A stretch of DNA of 64,000 bases from Eubacteriales bacterium (GTDB taxonomy: Bacteria; Bacillota; Clostridia; Acetivibrionales; JANLFN01): positions 11,660-75,659 of the forward strand of contig JANLFN010000005.1 of NCBI GenBank assembly GCA_024655885.1, written 5' to 3'. The notes beneath the pieces are model-generated. The model worked only from the letters and a program-made list of their open reading frames with translations. It was not told the DNA's origin and searched no databases. The number at the start of each line of letters is the position of its first letter. The first letter of the stretch is position 1. A program made the position numbers and the translations under genes. Positions 19,134 through 29,692 of this stretch are shown here, piece by piece.

Positions 19134-19227
19134 CAAAGAACCGTCCCCTGTCACGCATTTTCTAATTGTAAAAGTAACAGTTTTAGTTTAGAATTATAGT
19201 GTCAAATATCAGTACTTAGGGGGGTCG

Positions 19228-19252
19228 AATATAGCTTAGGCAAAGCTATATT
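19228..19252 (+). promoter_or_regulatory. 10-bp hairpin placed between a G-rich SD-like element and the start codon of the 1428-aa gene
   Basis: AATATAGCTT (19228-19237), AGGCA loop, AAGCTATATT (19243-19252). AGGGGGG lies at 19218-19224 and the ATG at 19257. Confidence 0.4.
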
Positions 19253-19256
19253 TTAT

Positions 19257-22200
19257 ATGCGGAAAACACTTCACTTGGGTTTGGATGTAGGTTCAACTAC
19301 GGTTAAACTGGCTATACTCGACAAAAACGATCAAATTATATACAGCAAATACCAGAGGCATTACTCGGATATCAGAAAGACCATCTTTCAACTGGTAAAC
19401 CGGACTTATGAGGAATTTGAAAATGAAGACATAACCGCTATGGTGACCGGTTCGGGCGGGCTGTCGGTGTCCCAGTGGCTGGAGCTTCCTTTTATACAGG
19501 AGGTCATTGCGGGCACCGATGCGGTGGAAAGGTTTATTCCTCAAACGGATGTGGCGATTGAACTGGGAGGGGAAGACGCAAAGATCACCTATTTCAAGAA
19601 CGGCATGGAACAAAGGATGAACGGGACGTGCGCCGGGGGAACAGGGGCGTTTATAGACCAGATGGCTTCCCTGCTGCAAACGGACCCGTCTGGTTTGAAC
19701 GAGCTGGCAAAGGGGTTTAAGGTCATTTACCCCATCGCGGCAAGGTGCGGTGTTTTTGCAAAGACGGATATCCAGCCGCTGCTGAATGAGGGTGTGCGGA
19801 AAGAGGACGTGGCAGCCTCCATCTTTCAGTCTGTGGTTAACCAAACCATCAGCGGGCTGGCCTGCGGCAAACCCATCCGGGGAAATGTGGCTTTTCTGGG
19901 CGGTCCTCTTTACTACCTGTCGGAGTTGAGAAAAAGGTTTATTGAAACCTTGGGGCTGGCGGAAGAACAGGTAATCTTCCCTGAAAACTCACAGCTTTTT
20001 GTTGCTGTGGGAGCTGCACTTGCATCCAAAAAAGAAAAGGTTATGAGTTTTAAGTCTTTAAAAGAAAAGCTGGATGGGCTGAATAGAGTTTCGGTGTGTG
20101 AGGTGGAAAGACTCCGGCCCTTGTTTATAGACCAGTCCGAGCTGGAGGATTTCAGCAGGCGCCATAGGAGCAACAAGGTGAAAAGAGGGGATTTGCAAAG
20201 CTTTGAAGGAAAGTGTTTCCTGGGGATCGATGCGGGTTCCACCACGACAAAGGCGGCACTGATTGATGAAAACGGCCGCCTGTTGTATTCGTATTACGGC
20301 AGCAACGAGGGGAGCCCCCTCCAGTCGGCGGTGAAAATAATCAAGGACATCAGTGCAAGGCTGCCCGCTAAAGCCGTTATAGCCAATTCTACCGTTACCG
20401 GCTACGGCGAAGCGCTAATTAAGACTGCTCTGTGCGTGGACATAGGGGAAATCGAGACCATAGCCCATTACAAGGCGGCGGAAAGCTTTCTTCCCGGAGT
20501 GGACTTTATTCTTGACATAGGCGGGCAGGATATGAAATGCCTTAAAATAAAGAAGGGCGTTATTGACAGCATTATGCTCAATGAGGCCTGTTCTTCAGGC
20601 TGCGGTTCCTTTATCGAAACCTTTGCCCATTCCCTGAACATGAGTGTGCAGGAATTTTCCAGGGAAGCCTTGACGGCGGAAAAACCCGTGGATTTAGGTT
20701 CCCGGTGTACCGTATTCATGAATTCAAGGGTCAAGCAGGCCCAAAAGGAAGGGGCCACGGTGGGCGATATTTCCGCCGGCTTATCCTATTCGGTCATTAA
20801 AAATGCCCTTCAGAAGGTGATAAAAATCAGAGACCCCAGGGAGATGGGGGAGAAGATTATTGTCCAGGGCGGGACGTTTTACAATGATGCGGTCTTGAGG
20901 TGCTTTGAGCTCATTTCGGGGAGAGAAGCGGTGAGACCGGATATTGCAGGCCTTATGGGCGCTTACGGCGCGGCCCTGATTGCCAGCGAGAGGTATGAAG
21001 AGGGACACGAAAGCACTTTGCTGACCGGTGAAAAGCTGGACCACCTGAGCACCGAAACGGTTATGAAAAGGTGCGGACGCTGCGGCAACAACTGTCTTTT
21101 AACCATAAACAAATTCAACGGCGACAGGGAATTTGTGTCGGGCAATCGCTGTGAAAGAGGTGCGGGCAACGATGAGAGTAAGGAAGAAATTCCCAACCTT
21201 TATGATTATAAATACAGACGGATATTCAACTATGTCCCCCTGGAAAAAGATAAAGCACAGAGAGGCACCGTGGGGATACCCCGGGTGCTCAACCTGTACG
21301 AAAATTACCCCTTCTGGTTTACCTTTTTTACCGAGTTGAAGTTCAGGGTAGAGCTGTCGCCGCGTTCTACCAAAAAAGTATATGAGCTGGGCATCGAAAC
21401 CATGCCGTCGGAGTCGGTTTGCTATCCTGCAAAACTGGCCCACGGACATATCATGAGCCTTGCGGACAGGGGCATAAAGTTTATTTTTTACCCCTGTCTG
21501 CCCTATGAGAAAAAGGAACATCCTCATGCGGACAATCACTATAACTGCCCCATCGTGACCTCCTATGCGGAGGTGATCAAGAACAATATGGACGATGTAC
21601 TGGCTCAAAGGGGGATAAGGCTTTTAAACCCGTTTTTGCCCTATAGCGACAGGAAAAGGTTAGCCGCCAGGCTTTACGAGGAACTCAGGGACTTCAATAT
21701 TTCCAGGAGAGAAATATCCCACGCCGTTGAAAAGGCATGGGAAGAGGAGGAAAGGACTAAAAAAGACATCAGGAAAAAAGGAGAGGAAGTTCTGGAATAC
21801 CTTGAAAGGACGGGACGAAAAGGGATCGTCCTTGCGGGGAGGCCCTACCATGTGGACCCCGAGATTAATCACGGAATTCCCAATATCATCACCGGTTTTG
21901 GGATGGCGGTACTGACCGAGGACTCCATAGCCCACCTGGGAGCGGTGGAGAGGCCCTTGAGGGTTGTAGACCAGTGGACCTATCACTCCAGGCTTTATGC
22001 GGCCGCCTCTTACGTCAGGGAAAAAGATAACCTAGAGCTGATTCAGTTGAATTCTTTCGGGTGCGGCCTGGATGCGGTTACAACAGACCAGGTGCAGGAA
22101 ATACTGCACAGCTGTGGAAAAATCTATACGGTTTTAAAAATCGACGAAGGAAACAACCTGGGGGCCGCCAGGATACGGATACGCTCCCTGAAGGCTGCCA

Positions 22201-23543
22201 TGGAAGAGAGGGAAAAAACCGGGTTTAGTGCCCAAAAAACCGGATCCGCCTGCATAAAAGTTCCTTTTACCGAAGAAATGCGGGCCAAACACACCATCCT
22301 GGCCCCCCAGATGTCACCCATCCATTTCCAGTTTGTAGAACAGGCATTCAGGGCATCGGGCTATAATCTGGAAGTACTGCCTTCGGTGGATAAGAAGGCT
22401 GTGGATGAGGGGCTGAAGTATGTGAACAACGATGCATGCTACCCCTCCATTATTGTGACAGGGCAACTGATTGAAGCCTTGAAGTCCGGAAGGTATGATT
22501 TAAACAACACATCTGTTATAATTACTCAAACAGGCGGCGGATGCAGGGCCACAAACTATATTGGCTTTATCCGGAAGGCATTAAAGGAAGCCGGCATGGC
22601 CCATGTGCCCGTGATTTCCCTGAATGCCGTGGGGATTGAAAAGAACCCGGGGTTTAAAATTACCCGCGGATTGGCCAATAAGGGTATGATGGCACTGGTG
22701 TACGGAGACCTGTTCATGAGGGTGCTGTACAGGGTAAGGCCTTATGAAAAGATCAAGGGGTCTGCCAATCTCTTATATGAGAAGTGGGTGGAAAAGTGCA
22801 AGGAGTCGGTACGAAGCGGAAATTTCAAGGTTTTCAAGAAGTATGTCCACAGTATCGTTGAAGAATTTGACAACCTGGAGCTAAATGACGTAAAGAAGCC
22901 GCGGGTGGGGCTGGTTGGAGAGATTCTCGTTAAATTTCATCCCACAGCCAACAATAATATTGTTGAGGTGGTTGAAGCGGAAGGGGGAGAGGCAGTCATG
23001 CCCGACCTGATGGATTTTCTGTTTTATTCCGCTTACAACTCCATTTACAAGCACAGGTATTTATCGGGGACGTGGAAGGCAAAAATGTTGAGCAGTGCCG
23101 CTATCACCGCCATGGAGTTTTACAGGAAAGAGATGAAAAAGGCGCTGGACAGAAGCAAGAGGTTTGAAAGTCCCCGCCCCATCAGGGAGCTGGCTGAAGG
23201 GGCGGAAGAAATACTGTCCATAGGCAACCAGACAGGGGAAGGATGGTTCCTGACGGCAGAAATGGTTGAGCTTATAAAAAGCGGCGCAAAAAATATCGTA
23301 TGCATGCAGCCCTTTGCATGTCTGCCTAACCATGTCACCGGCAAAGGCATGATTAAGGGTTTGAAGAAGAAATACCCTGAGGCCAATATTGTGGCGGTGG
23401 ACTATGATCCGGGTGCCAGTGAGGTAAACCAGTTGAACAGGATAAAGCTCATGCTGTCGGTGGCGTTCAAGAATCTGCAAAAAGGCGAAGAAACGGACAA
23501 TCCGGCAGAAAATACCGAGAGAAATAAGATAAAGTCAGTTTAG
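19257..23543 (+). CDS. fused BadF/BadG/BcrA/BcrD-type ATPase (two copies, activase-like) plus 2-hydroxyacyl-CoA dehydratase-like domains
   Basis: 1428 aa. Two actin-fold ATPase repeats ([15 protein letters not shown] and [15 protein letters not shown]) are followed by the Cys-rich linker [10 protein letters not shown]...GNRCERG and then large dehydratase-component-like regions. Confidence 0.8.
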   Translation: MRKTLHLGLDVGSTTVKLAILDKNDQIIYSKYQRHYSDIRKTIFQLVNRTYEEFENEDITAMVTGSGGLSVSQWLELPFIQEVIAGTDAVERFIPQTDVAIELGGEDAKITYFKNGMEQRMNGTCAGGTGAFIDQMASLLQTDPSGLNELAKGFKVIYPIAARCGVFAKTDIQPLLNEGVRKEDVAASIFQSVVNQTISGLACGKPIRGNVAFLGGPLYYLSELRKRFIETLGLAEEQVIFPENSQLFVAVGAALASKKEKVMSFKSLKEKLDGLNRVSVCEVERLRPLFIDQSELEDFSRRHRSNKVKRGDLQSFEGKCFLGIDAGSTTTKAALIDENGRLLYSYYGSNEGSPLQSAVKIIKDISARLPAKAVIANSTVTGYGEALIKTALCVDIGEIETIAHYKAAESFLPGVDFILDIGGQDMKCLKIKKGVIDSIMLNEACSSGCGSFIETFAHSLNMSVQEFSREALTAEKPVDLGSRCTVFMNSRVKQAQKEGATVGDISAGLSYSVIKNALQKVIKIRDPREMGEKIIVQGGTFYNDAVLRCFELISGREAVRPDIAGLMGAYGAALIASERYEEGHESTLLTGEKLDHLSTETVMKRCGRCGNNCLLTINKFNGDREFVSGNRCERGAGNDESKEEIPNLYDYKYRRIFNYVPLEKDKAQRGTVGIPRVLNLYENYPFWFTFFTELKFRVELSPRSTKKVYELGIETMPSESVCYPAKLAHGHIMSLADRGIKFIFYPCLPYEKKEHPHADNHYNCPIVTSYAEVIKNNMDDVLAQRGIRLLNPFLPYSDRKRLAARLYEELRDFNISRREISHAVEKAWEEEERTKKDIRKKGEEVLEYLERTGRKGIVLAGRPYHVDPEINHGIPNIITGFGMAVLTEDSIAHLGAVERPLRVVDQWTYHSRLYAAASYVREKDNLELIQLNSFGCGLDAVTTDQVQEILHSCGKIYTVLKIDEGNNLGAARIRIRSLKAAMEEREKTGFSAQKTGSACIKVPFTEEMRAKHTILAPQMSPIHFQFVEQAFRASGYNLEVLPSVDKKAVDEGLKYVNNDACYPSIIVTGQLIEALKSGRYDLNNTSVIITQTGGGCRATNYIGFIRKALKEAGMAHVPVISLNAVGIEKNPGFKITRGLANKGMMALVYGDLFMRVLYRVRPYEKIKGSANLLYEKWVEKCKESVRSGNFKVFKKYVHSIVEEFDNLELNDVKKPRVGLVGEILVKFHPTANNNIVEVVEAEGGEAVMPDLMDFLFYSAYNSIYKHRYLSGTWKAKMLSSAAITAMEFYRKEMKKALDRSKRFESPRPIRELAEGAEEILSIGNQTGEGWFLTAEMVELIKSGAKNIVCMQPFACLPNHVTGKGMIKGLKKKYPEANIVAVDYDPGASEVNQLNRIKLMLSVAFKNLQKGEETDNPAENTERNKIKSV

Positions 23544-23593
23544 TACAGGGCCCTTCATTAAGAAAATACGATCTTTCTTTTTATTAAAATAAT

Positions 23594-23627
23594 AAATCCG
23601 TATGGGATGAGTTCCGCATACGGATTT
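23594..23627. terminator. bidirectional intrinsic terminator
   Basis: AAATCCGTATG (23594-23604) pairs with CATACGGATTT (23617-23627). It lies between convergent gene ends, with A/T runs on both sides. Confidence 0.65.
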
Positions 23628-23631
23628 AATT

Positions 23632-23796
23632 TCATCTGCCCGGCCTTTTGGCTTCAGGCAAATACCTGTTTCTGCCCTTATTCTTTTTTGAGCTTTTCTG
23701 CCGCTCATCATATTTTTTTATGGACCTGCTCATGGCGAAGCCCAAACCGACAAAAACAACCAGTGTACATAGCAAGATGATCAATTGAGCACTCAT
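23632..23796 (-). CDS. small membrane protein (54 aa), unknown function
   Basis: MSAQLIILLCTLVVFVGLGFAM is one TM helix, followed by a basic tail. AGGAGAA SD lies 5 nt before this ATG. The longer 112-aa track ORF has no SD. Confidence 0.5.
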   Translation of the reverse strand: MSAQLIILLCTLVVFVGLGFAMSRSIKKYDERQKSSKKNKGRNRYLPEAKRPGR

Positions 23797-24047
23797 ATTC
23801 TTCTCCTGTTTTATTGTGGCGTACAAAACTATTATAATGGCAAGCCCCGCATAAATCAACAGAAACCCGGTGTAAAAATCAGGCAAATATAGATGGACAG
23901 AAAAAGATGGAGGACATAAGGCATTAAAAACTACTTTGAAAAAGTGGACAAAGCAGTTTTGTGTCTGCATTGCCGTTTATGTGGATTTTTTTGCCCGTCG
24001 TTTTGCAGAAATTGAAGGGACAAGGCAGGTGAAAAGGACCATTGGGC

Positions 24048-24257
24048 TTAGAATTCCATGAGGCTTTCAATGCTTATGGTGTCAAGTAAAGGAGCATTGT
24101 TATTTCCTGCATGGAATTTAAACGCGGAAAGGATATTCTGATGCCCGCAGCATTCGCACTGGAAGCTTAAACCGTCCAACTTCGCGATTTCCGATTCCGG
24201 GAGATTGAGCAGCACAGAGTTGCAGTGGTAACATTTCAATGATTTGAATTTGTACAT
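24048..24257 (-). CDS. small zinc-ribbon protein (69 aa), unknown function
   Basis: CYHC...CECCGH gives two CxxC pairs. There is a strong GGAGGGAAAAA SD before the ATG. Confidence 0.6.
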   Translation of the reverse strand: MYKFKSLKCYHCNSVLLNLPESEIAKLDGLSFQCECCGHQNILSAFKFHAGNNNAPLLDTISIESLMEF

Positions 24258-24434
24258 TTTTTCCCTCCTTCTAAAATTATTCCGCCTTTTGTTATTCCGG
24301 ATTTGAATTTTCTAGAGGCTATCTTTACCGGAAGCTTTTTAAAGACAGTGTAATTATATATGGTCATTGTTTTGAATATATTTATTTACTGTTAATTTTT
24401 ATACCACAGGGACAGGCTTTTAAACATTTATTTT

Positions 24435-24497
24435 CAAGACAAGGGGACGGTTCTTCTGTCTGACTTAGTCAGACAGAAGAACCGTCCCCTTGTCTTG
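24435..24497. repeat. perfect palindrome (30-bp arms, 3-nt loop) carrying the AGGGGACGGTTC core of the RAYT-flanking repeats
   Basis: CAAGACAAGGGGACGGTTCTTCTGTCTGAC (24435-24464), TTA, then the exact reverse complement (24468-24497). Confidence 0.9.
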
Positions 24498-24625
24498 TTA
24501 TCCCATTTATAAAATTTTGATTGTCATAATATGGGCCTTAAAAGAATATGATTGAAAAAGAGTTTCAATTGGCTTCCAGCCTGTATACGTCGCGTCGGAA
24601 AAACTATGATGATCACGGAGGAAAA

Positions 24626-25885
24626 ATGAACACGGGAAGCAGGAAGAAAAAAAACAGCGATAATTTTTTTTTAAAAGCAACAAAGGTATTGATTTTTGCA
24701 GTTCTATCCTATGCCGCCGTCAGGGTGGGAATGGTGGGAGGGAATTATTTATACGGAATGGATACCCGCATCGTGGAGAAATTGGATGCGAGCCTGTTCA
24801 AGTCAACCCTCAACAGCTCTCTGCCCCTGATCGATATGGTGTACAACAGCGGCAACATAAGCATGTCCTTTTCAAATGATGTCAGGGAACTGATTAACGG
24901 GATATTCGGCTTTGACCTGAATGAACCGTTAACGGTTCTGAACGCGCAGTCCTCCTACTTCTACAGCTATTACATCAACGGCTATCCCCAATATATTGCA
25001 GACCTCGAGAGAAAAAACAAGCTTGAAAATCATATAAACGATTATATAGTCCCCGATAAACCGGATGAGCAGGCCGAGCAGAAAATGCCCGAAAACGCAA
25101 GCAGCATATTTTATGAAGAAGAGACTCATCAGGACGACGTAACCCCCAATGATATCGTATCCAGCGGTAAAATATCCATTCTTAATGAAACAAAACTCAA
25201 AATAGATATAGATAAGCTGCTAAAAGAGCCCTTAAAGCTCACATTTAACAGAAAGGGCCCCAAAATATTGATTTATCACACCCATACAACCGAGAGCTAC
25301 CTCAGAAAACTCAGCGACCTGAATAAAAAAAATGTTTCCAACAGGACCCAGGACCCGCGGTATAACGTGGTAAGAGTTGGAGAAGAATTGGCCCAGATCT
25401 TTCGTAAAAAATACGGAATAGAAGTCATTCATAACGGCACTATTCACGATTACCCCAATTACAATTATTCCTACAGCAATTCCCTCAATACTATAACCAA
25501 GATATTGAAGAGCTACCCCTCCATACAAATGACCCTGGACATCCACAGGGACGCTCTGGGTGTGGATGGGAAAAAACTCAGGGCAGTCACAAAAATCAAT
25601 AATAAAAATGTGGCGCAAATCATGTTTGTTGTGGGCACCGACCAGGGAAAGCTGTCTCACCCTAACTGGAGGGAAAACTTGAAGCTGGCGTTAAAGCTCC
25701 AGGAAGAGTTAAACGCCAAATACCCAAATTTGGCAAAACCTATAGATTTAAGCAAAAACAGGTATAATGAACACGTGACCCTGGGTTCACTCATCGTAGA
25801 GATCGGCGGCGACGGCAATACGCTGGATGAATGTCTGGAAAGCACAAAATATTTGGCTGAAGTAATAAACGAGGTTATCAAATAG
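24626..25885 (+). CDS. spoIIP: stage II sporulation protein P
   Basis: N-terminal TM segment, then KILIYHTHTTESY and the MTLDIHRDAL amidase-like core. The position upstream of lepA matches Firmicute synteny. GGAGG SD before ATG 24626. Confidence 0.88.
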   Translation: MNTGSRKKKNSDNFFLKATKVLIFAVLSYAAVRVGMVGGNYLYGMDTRIVEKLDASLFKSTLNSSLPLIDMVYNSGNISMSFSNDVRELINGIFGFDLNEPLTVLNAQSSYFYSYYINGYPQYIADLERKNKLENHINDYIVPDKPDEQAEQKMPENASSIFYEEETHQDDVTPNDIVSSGKISILNETKLKIDIDKLLKEPLKLTFNRKGPKILIYHTHTTESYLRKLSDLNKKNVSNRTQDPRYNVVRVGEELAQIFRKKYGIEVIHNGTIHDYPNYNYSYSNSLNTITKILKSYPSIQMTLDIHRDALGVDGKKLRAVTKINNKNVAQIMFVVGTDQGKLSHPNWRENLKLALKLQEELNAKYPNLAKPIDLSKNRYNEHVTLGSLIVEIGGDGNTLDECLESTKYLAEVINEVIK

Positions 25886-26005
25886 CGGCTGCCTGGAAAC
25901 AATATTTGTTGAATAAGGGGCTGCTGGCAATCGATGGTGGGCAATGTGGAAAAGGCTGCATCACTGCCGGATGCCGTGGTCTGCCGACAGCAACGAAAGC
26001 GGTGA

Positions 26006-26413
26006 GTGGATTTGCGGAGAGTCGAAATATATAGAGAAGCCAGGCGCCACAAAAAAAAATACTGTCTATCCCTGTTCCTGATTTTTTGTATTTTGATTTT
26101 GGGAATTATTGGCGTAGATTACTCTACAAACCGTCTGATGAAGGATGAGAAAAGCATCAGCATATTATCGGTCAGAAATATCCAAGACTCCTATATTGAA
26201 ATATGTATTATGAATAGAAGCATTTATATCAATACCGTGTTTATCCGTCGAGATATTCAAAGATTGGAGGAAGTTTTAAGGGAGTTTTTCAAAAAATGGC
26301 GCTTTTTCAGGCAGGCGGCTTATGACCCTTGCCATGCCGTTCCAGATAAAATCATTCTATCCACCTTGACAATAATGTGCTATAATAAGCAAGGCCACAT
26401 ACTTATACATTAA
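26006..26413 (+). CDS. hypothetical small membrane-anchored protein (position equivalent to yqxA between spoIIP and lepA)
   Basis: One TM helix (CLSLFLIFCILILGIIGV). GTG start with a poor SD. Support comes only from the ORF and synteny. Confidence 0.35.
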   Translation: MDLRRVEIYREARRHKKKYCLSLFLIFCILILGIIGVDYSTNRLMKDEKSISILSVRNIQDSYIEICIMNRSIYINTVFIRRDIQRLEEVLREFFKKWRFFRQAAYDPCHAVPDKIILSTLTIMCYNKQGHILIH

Positions 26414-26479
26414 TTTTCGAGTGGTCTTGAAGCGAATTTCATTGTTACATTTTGAGTGATTTTTGTGGAGGATATTTGG

Positions 26480-28291
26480 ATGCCTGATGAAAGACAAAAG
26501 AAGATCCGCAATTTTTGTATCATTGCCCATATAGATCATGGCAAATCAACCCTGGCTGACAGACTCCTGGAACGCACTGGAGTGCTGACCGAACGTGAAA
26601 TGGAAGACCAGGTGTTAGACAACATGGATATTGAACGGGAGCGGGGAATTACTATAAAAGCCCAGGCGGTGCGTATGATCTACAATGCCAGGGATGGGCA
26701 GGAGTATGTTCTGAACCTGATAGACACGCCGGGACATGTGGACTTCAACTATGAGGTTTCAAGAAGCCTGGCAGCCTGTGAAGGAGCCGTGCTTGTTGTG
26801 GATGCGGCCCAGGGAATTGAAGCCCAGACCCTGGCCAATGTGTATCTTGCCCTGGAGCATGACCTTGAGGTTATGCCCGTAATAAACAAGATCGACCTGC
26901 CAAGTGCGCAGCCTGAGCATGTAAAAAAGGAAATAGAGGACGTTATAGGTCTTGACGCGTCGGACGCGCCTTTAATATCGGCCAAAAACGGGATCAATAT
27001 AGAAGAGGTGCTGGAAAAGATCATAACCCATATCCCGCCGCCCGTGGGAGATGAGGAGGCACCGCTGCGCGCTCTTATCTTTGACTCCTACTACGACAGC
27101 TATAAGGGTGTTATTGTCTATGTCCGGATAAAGGAAGGAAAGGTTAAGGTGGGGGATTCCATAAGAATGATGTATACCGGAAAGGAATTCCAGGTAACCG
27201 AGGTGGGATATTTCAGGCCGGGAAGCCTTGCCGCCGGCAGGGAGCTCCTTGCCGGAGAGGTAGGCTATATAGCGGCCAGCATCAAAAATGTGAAGGATAC
27301 CAGGGTAGGGGACACCATAACCCTTACCGACAATCCGGCCAAAGAGCCGCTTCCTGGCTATAAGAAAGTACAGTCCATGGTATTCTGCGGCATCTATCCT
27401 GCTGACGGCGCAAAATACGGAGATTTGAGGGATGCCCTGGAGAAGCTCCAGCTCAATGATGCCTCCCTGCTTTTTGAGCCGGAATCCTCCGTGGCCCTGG
27501 GGTTCGGATTCAGGTGTGGCTTCCTGGGGCTGCTTCACATGGAAATTATTCAGGAGAGGCTGGAGAGGGAATACAACCTGGACCTGGTTACGACGGCTCC
27601 CAGCGTCATCTATAAGGTGTTTAAAAACAATGGGGAGATTGTGAACATAGACAATCCCACCAACCTGCCTCCGGCCGCTGAAATCCAGAAGATGGAGGAG
27701 CCTGTGGTAAAGGCCACCATAATGACGCCTACCGAGTATGTGGGGAATATCATGGAGCTTTCCCAGGAAAGGCGCGGCATATACAAAGATATGTCCTATA
27801 TCGATGAAGGAAGAGTAATGCTTACTTATGAAATACCCTTAAATGAAATTATTTACGACTTTTTTGACGCCTTAAAATCCAGGACAAAGGGTTACGCTTC
27901 CCTGGACTACGAATTGCTGGGCTACCGGGAATCAAATCTGGTGAAGCTGGATATTTTATTGAACGGAGAAATTGTGGACGCCCTTTCCTTTATTGTCCAT
28001 GCGGACAAGGCCTATGCCAGGGGGAGGCGCATAGCGGAAAAGCTAAAGGAGTCCATACCCAGGCAGCAGTTTGAGGTTCCCATCCAGGCGTGCATCGGGG
28101 GAAAAATTATTGCAAGGGAAACGGTGAAGGCCTATAGAAAAGACGTTCTTGCAAAATGCTACGGCGGGGATATCACTAGGAAGAAAAAGCTTTTGGAAAA
28201 ACAGAAAGAGGGAAAGAAGCGGATGCGCCAGGTAGGAAGCGTAGAGGTTCCCCAGGAAGCCTTTATGAGTGTGCTTAAGCTGGACACATAG
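26480..28291 (+). CDS. lepA: translation elongation factor 4 (LepA)
   Basis: GTPase motifs [14 protein letters not shown] and NKID. Conserved LepA C-terminal domain ending [19 protein letters not shown] before ATG 26480. Confidence 0.96.
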   Translation: MPDERQKKIRNFCIIAHIDHGKSTLADRLLERTGVLTEREMEDQVLDNMDIERERGITIKAQAVRMIYNARDGQEYVLNLIDTPGHVDFNYEVSRSLAACEGAVLVVDAAQGIEAQTLANVYLALEHDLEVMPVINKIDLPSAQPEHVKKEIEDVIGLDASDAPLISAKNGINIEEVLEKIITHIPPPVGDEEAPLRALIFDSYYDSYKGVIVYVRIKEGKVKVGDSIRMMYTGKEFQVTEVGYFRPGSLAAGRELLAGEVGYIAASIKNVKDTRVGDTITLTDNPAKEPLPGYKKVQSMVFCGIYPADGAKYGDLRDALEKLQLNDASLLFEPESSVALGFGFRCGFLGLLHMEIIQERLEREYNLDLVTTAPSVIYKVFKNNGEIVNIDNPTNLPPAAEIQKMEEPVVKATIMTPTEYVGNIMELSQERRGIYKDMSYIDEGRVMLTYEIPLNEIIYDFFDALKSRTKGYASLDYELLGYRESNLVKLDILLNGEIVDALSFIVHADKAYARGRRIAEKLKESIPRQQFEVPIQACIGGKIIARETVKAYRKDVLAKCYGGDITRKKKLLEKQKEGKKRMRQVGSVEVPQEAFMSVLKLDT

Positions 28292-28321
28292 CTGAAGCGG
28301 ATGAAAGCCAGGAGAAACCAT

Positions 28322-29470
28322 ATGCAAAGTACCCTCAGGAAGAGTGTTGGCCTATACATTCATATCCCCTTCTGCAAATCCAAATGCTACTACTGCGACT
28401 TTAATTCCTATGCCGGAATGGAGAGCTATGCTTCGGACTATTTCAAGGCCTTAAAAAATGAAATTTTTATTTATTCGGACAAACTAAAGGGGGATACCGT
28501 AAAATCCATTTTCATAGGAGGAGGTACCCCTTCTCTTGTGGACGGACGGTATATATATGAAATAATAAATCACTGCAGACAAAACTTAGATATTGATAGG
28601 CATGCGGAAATAAGCATTGAAACGAATCCCGGGACTCTTTCCCTTGAAAAACTCACGACTTACGCCGCAGCCGGCATAAACAGGCTCAGCATGGGTTTAC
28701 AGGCGTGGCAGGACAGCCTTTTGAAAACCCTTGGACGCATCCACCGGCGGGAAGAATTTGTGGAGAATTTCAACATTGCCAGAAGGGTGGGTTTCAAAAA
28801 TATCAATATCGATGTAATTTTCGGCATACCAGGACAGAGGCTGGAGGAATGGGATGAAACCATCACACAAATTGTGCGGCTGGACCCGGAACATGTTTCA
28901 TGCTACAGTTTGAAAATAGAGGAGGATACGGTGTTCGGAGAAAAGCTGGCTTCGGGCAGCCTGGTTCCGGTTGACGACGAACTGGACAGAGAGATGTATT
29001 ACCTGGCCAAGGACTGCCTTTCCAGGAATAAATTTAACCACTATGAAATATCCAACTTTGCAAAGCCCGGGTTTGAATGCAGGCACAATTTGATCTACTG
29101 GAAAGACGAAAGTTATATAGGAGTCGGGGCAGGAGCCCATTCCTTTTTTGAAGGCAAAAGATACAACAACACCTGTGGGGTGGAAAGTTATATCCGTCAA
29201 ATATCCAGGGGAAATATGCCTGTGGAGAACGTGCACAGGATTGAAAGAAACGAAGAGATGTCCGAGTTTGTCATACTGGGATTGCGGCTTATCGGCGGAA
29301 TCGCCGCAAATGAGTTCAAGCTGAGGTTTGGGACGGACATTTTCAGTTTGTATGGAAAACAGCTCCATCAATTATCCGGTAGAGGACTTATCCAATGGGA
29401 CGGAGAAAGGATTAGACTCACCAATTTGGGCTTGGATGTTGCAAACCAGGTTTTTGTTGAGTTCATCTGA
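28322..29470 (+). CDS. hemW: radical SAM family heme chaperone HemW
   Basis: LYIHIPFCKSKCYYCDF radical SAM motif and GGGTPS, about 380 aa, in the classical lepA-hemW-hrcA order. AGGAGAA SD before ATG 28322. Confidence 0.9.
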   Translation: MQSTLRKSVGLYIHIPFCKSKCYYCDFNSYAGMESYASDYFKALKNEIFIYSDKLKGDTVKSIFIGGGTPSLVDGRYIYEIINHCRQNLDIDRHAEISIETNPGTLSLEKLTTYAAAGINRLSMGLQAWQDSLLKTLGRIHRREEFVENFNIARRVGFKNINIDVIFGIPGQRLEEWDETITQIVRLDPEHVSCYSLKIEEDTVFGEKLASGSLVPVDDELDREMYYLAKDCLSRNKFNHYEISNFAKPGFECRHNLIYWKDESYIGVGAGAHSFFEGKRYNNTCGVESYIRQISRGNMPVENVHRIERNEEMSEFVILGLRLIGGIAANEFKLRFGTDIFSLYGKQLHQLSGRGLIQWDGERIRLTNLGLDVANQVFVEFI

Positions 29471-29610
29471 ATTTGTACGGCTTCAAAGATTTTTCCCAAG
29501 GGCCGGCAGCCAAAAACAACTGCCAAAAGCAGTCGGCAACAGCCATGGGCGGACAAGCTATATCCCTCGAATAATCGCGGCTAAATAAGAAATAATATCT
29601 TTAAAAACTC

Positions 29611-29639
29611 TTGACAAAAAAAAAATCCAGTGGTATTTT
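29611..29639 (+). promoter_or_regulatory. sigma-A promoter of the hrcA-grpE-dnaK-dnaJ operon
   Basis: TTGACA (29611-29616), 17-nt spacer, TATTTT (29634-29639), directly upstream of CIRCE. Confidence 0.5.
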
Positions 29640-29649
29640 AAAATTAGCA

Positions 29650-29676
29650 TTAGCACTCGCTGAACAAGAGTGCTAA
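29650..29676 (+). promoter_or_regulatory. CIRCE operator (HrcA binding site)
   Basis: TTAGCACTC-N9-GAGTGCTAA is a perfect match to the CIRCE consensus, 17 nt upstream of hrcA. Confidence 0.95.
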
Positions 29677-29692
29677 CAAAGGGGTGGGAAAG

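Larger units (their letters stand above)
18201..19153 (+). mobile_element. IS200/RAYT-like single-gene unit bounded by 16-bp perfect inverted repeats
   Basis: TGACAGGGGACGGTTC at 18201-18216 and its exact reverse complement GAACCGTCCCCTGTCA at 19138-19153 bracket the Y1 transposase-like ORF. Confidence 0.6.
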
